From Gnetum montanum (taxonomy: Eukaryota; Plantae; Gnetophyta), in NCBI GenBank assembly GCA_015680685.1, contig MNCI01001248.1:369822-433821 (forward strand): DNA of 64,000 nucleotides, in the 5' to 3' direction. Both the position numbers and the translations under genes were made by a program. This document shows, piece after piece, positions 63,834 through 64,000 of the stretch; position 1 is the stretch's first letter, and every line of letters starts with the position of its first letter. The notes under the pieces were generated by a model. That model was not told the origin of the DNA and did no database searches. It was given only the letters and a program-made list of their open reading frames with translations.

Positions 63834-64000
63834 AACATGATCGTGGATGTGGTGCTACTTCCTCATGTAGTTGAGGCACTGTCAAAGTGTAAAGTGGCTT
63901 GGAAATGTAATGGGATGATGGTGACATTGCTAACATATTCATCCAGGAACTTAGGGTCTATGGTTGCTTGGTCATTGATTGGTGAGGCCGTGAGTTGGGT
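63834..64000 (-). mobile_element. Continuation of element B (N-terminal part of aRH)
   Basis: FQATLHFDSASTT*GSSTTSTIMF joins PSMEVHPSSYHFMFPCTKNMVEYEGLLRG on the other side of A. Confidence 0.9.

Overview
Repeat-dense land-plant genomic DNA. The large-genome, heavily methylated look (CG/CHG decay) suggests a fern or gymnosperm, which is inference. Almost the whole window is nested Ty3/Gypsy LTR retrotransposons, with no intact host gene. The left part (1-25.3 kb) holds decayed Athila-like elements with a tRNA-Asp-type PBS, interrupted by a pol-less Tat derivative (F, 8215-20234) that carries an antisense DUF604 (fringe-like) host gene fragment. The right part is a five-deep nest of Tat-lineage elements. 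The youngest (A, 46091-63833, minus strand) is structurally complete: AACAT target-site duplication, ~1.3 kb LTRs, tRNA-Asn PBS, PPT, gag-PR and RT-RH-aRH-INT. Its gag-PR and RT are separated by ~5.5 kb containing a TATA-preceded, 8-exon antisense gene of ~1050 codons. That gene encodes an apparently catalytically dead FCP1/NIF-like HAD domain, a plant-transposon-protein-like domain and a coiled coil. A decayed homologue sits at the same position in older element D. All five related Tat copies (A, B, C, D, F) also carry arrays of a ~30 nt unit: a covarying 4-6 bp hairpin followed by a conserved TAAACTRG-like motif, placed after the PR and INT stop codons and before RT. CG-rich GCGTA motif arrays fill LTRs and non-coding regions. 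Together these suggest a retrotransposon-encoded regulatory or anti-silencing system. Domain calls are by-eye motif recognition and coordinates of old elements are approximate.
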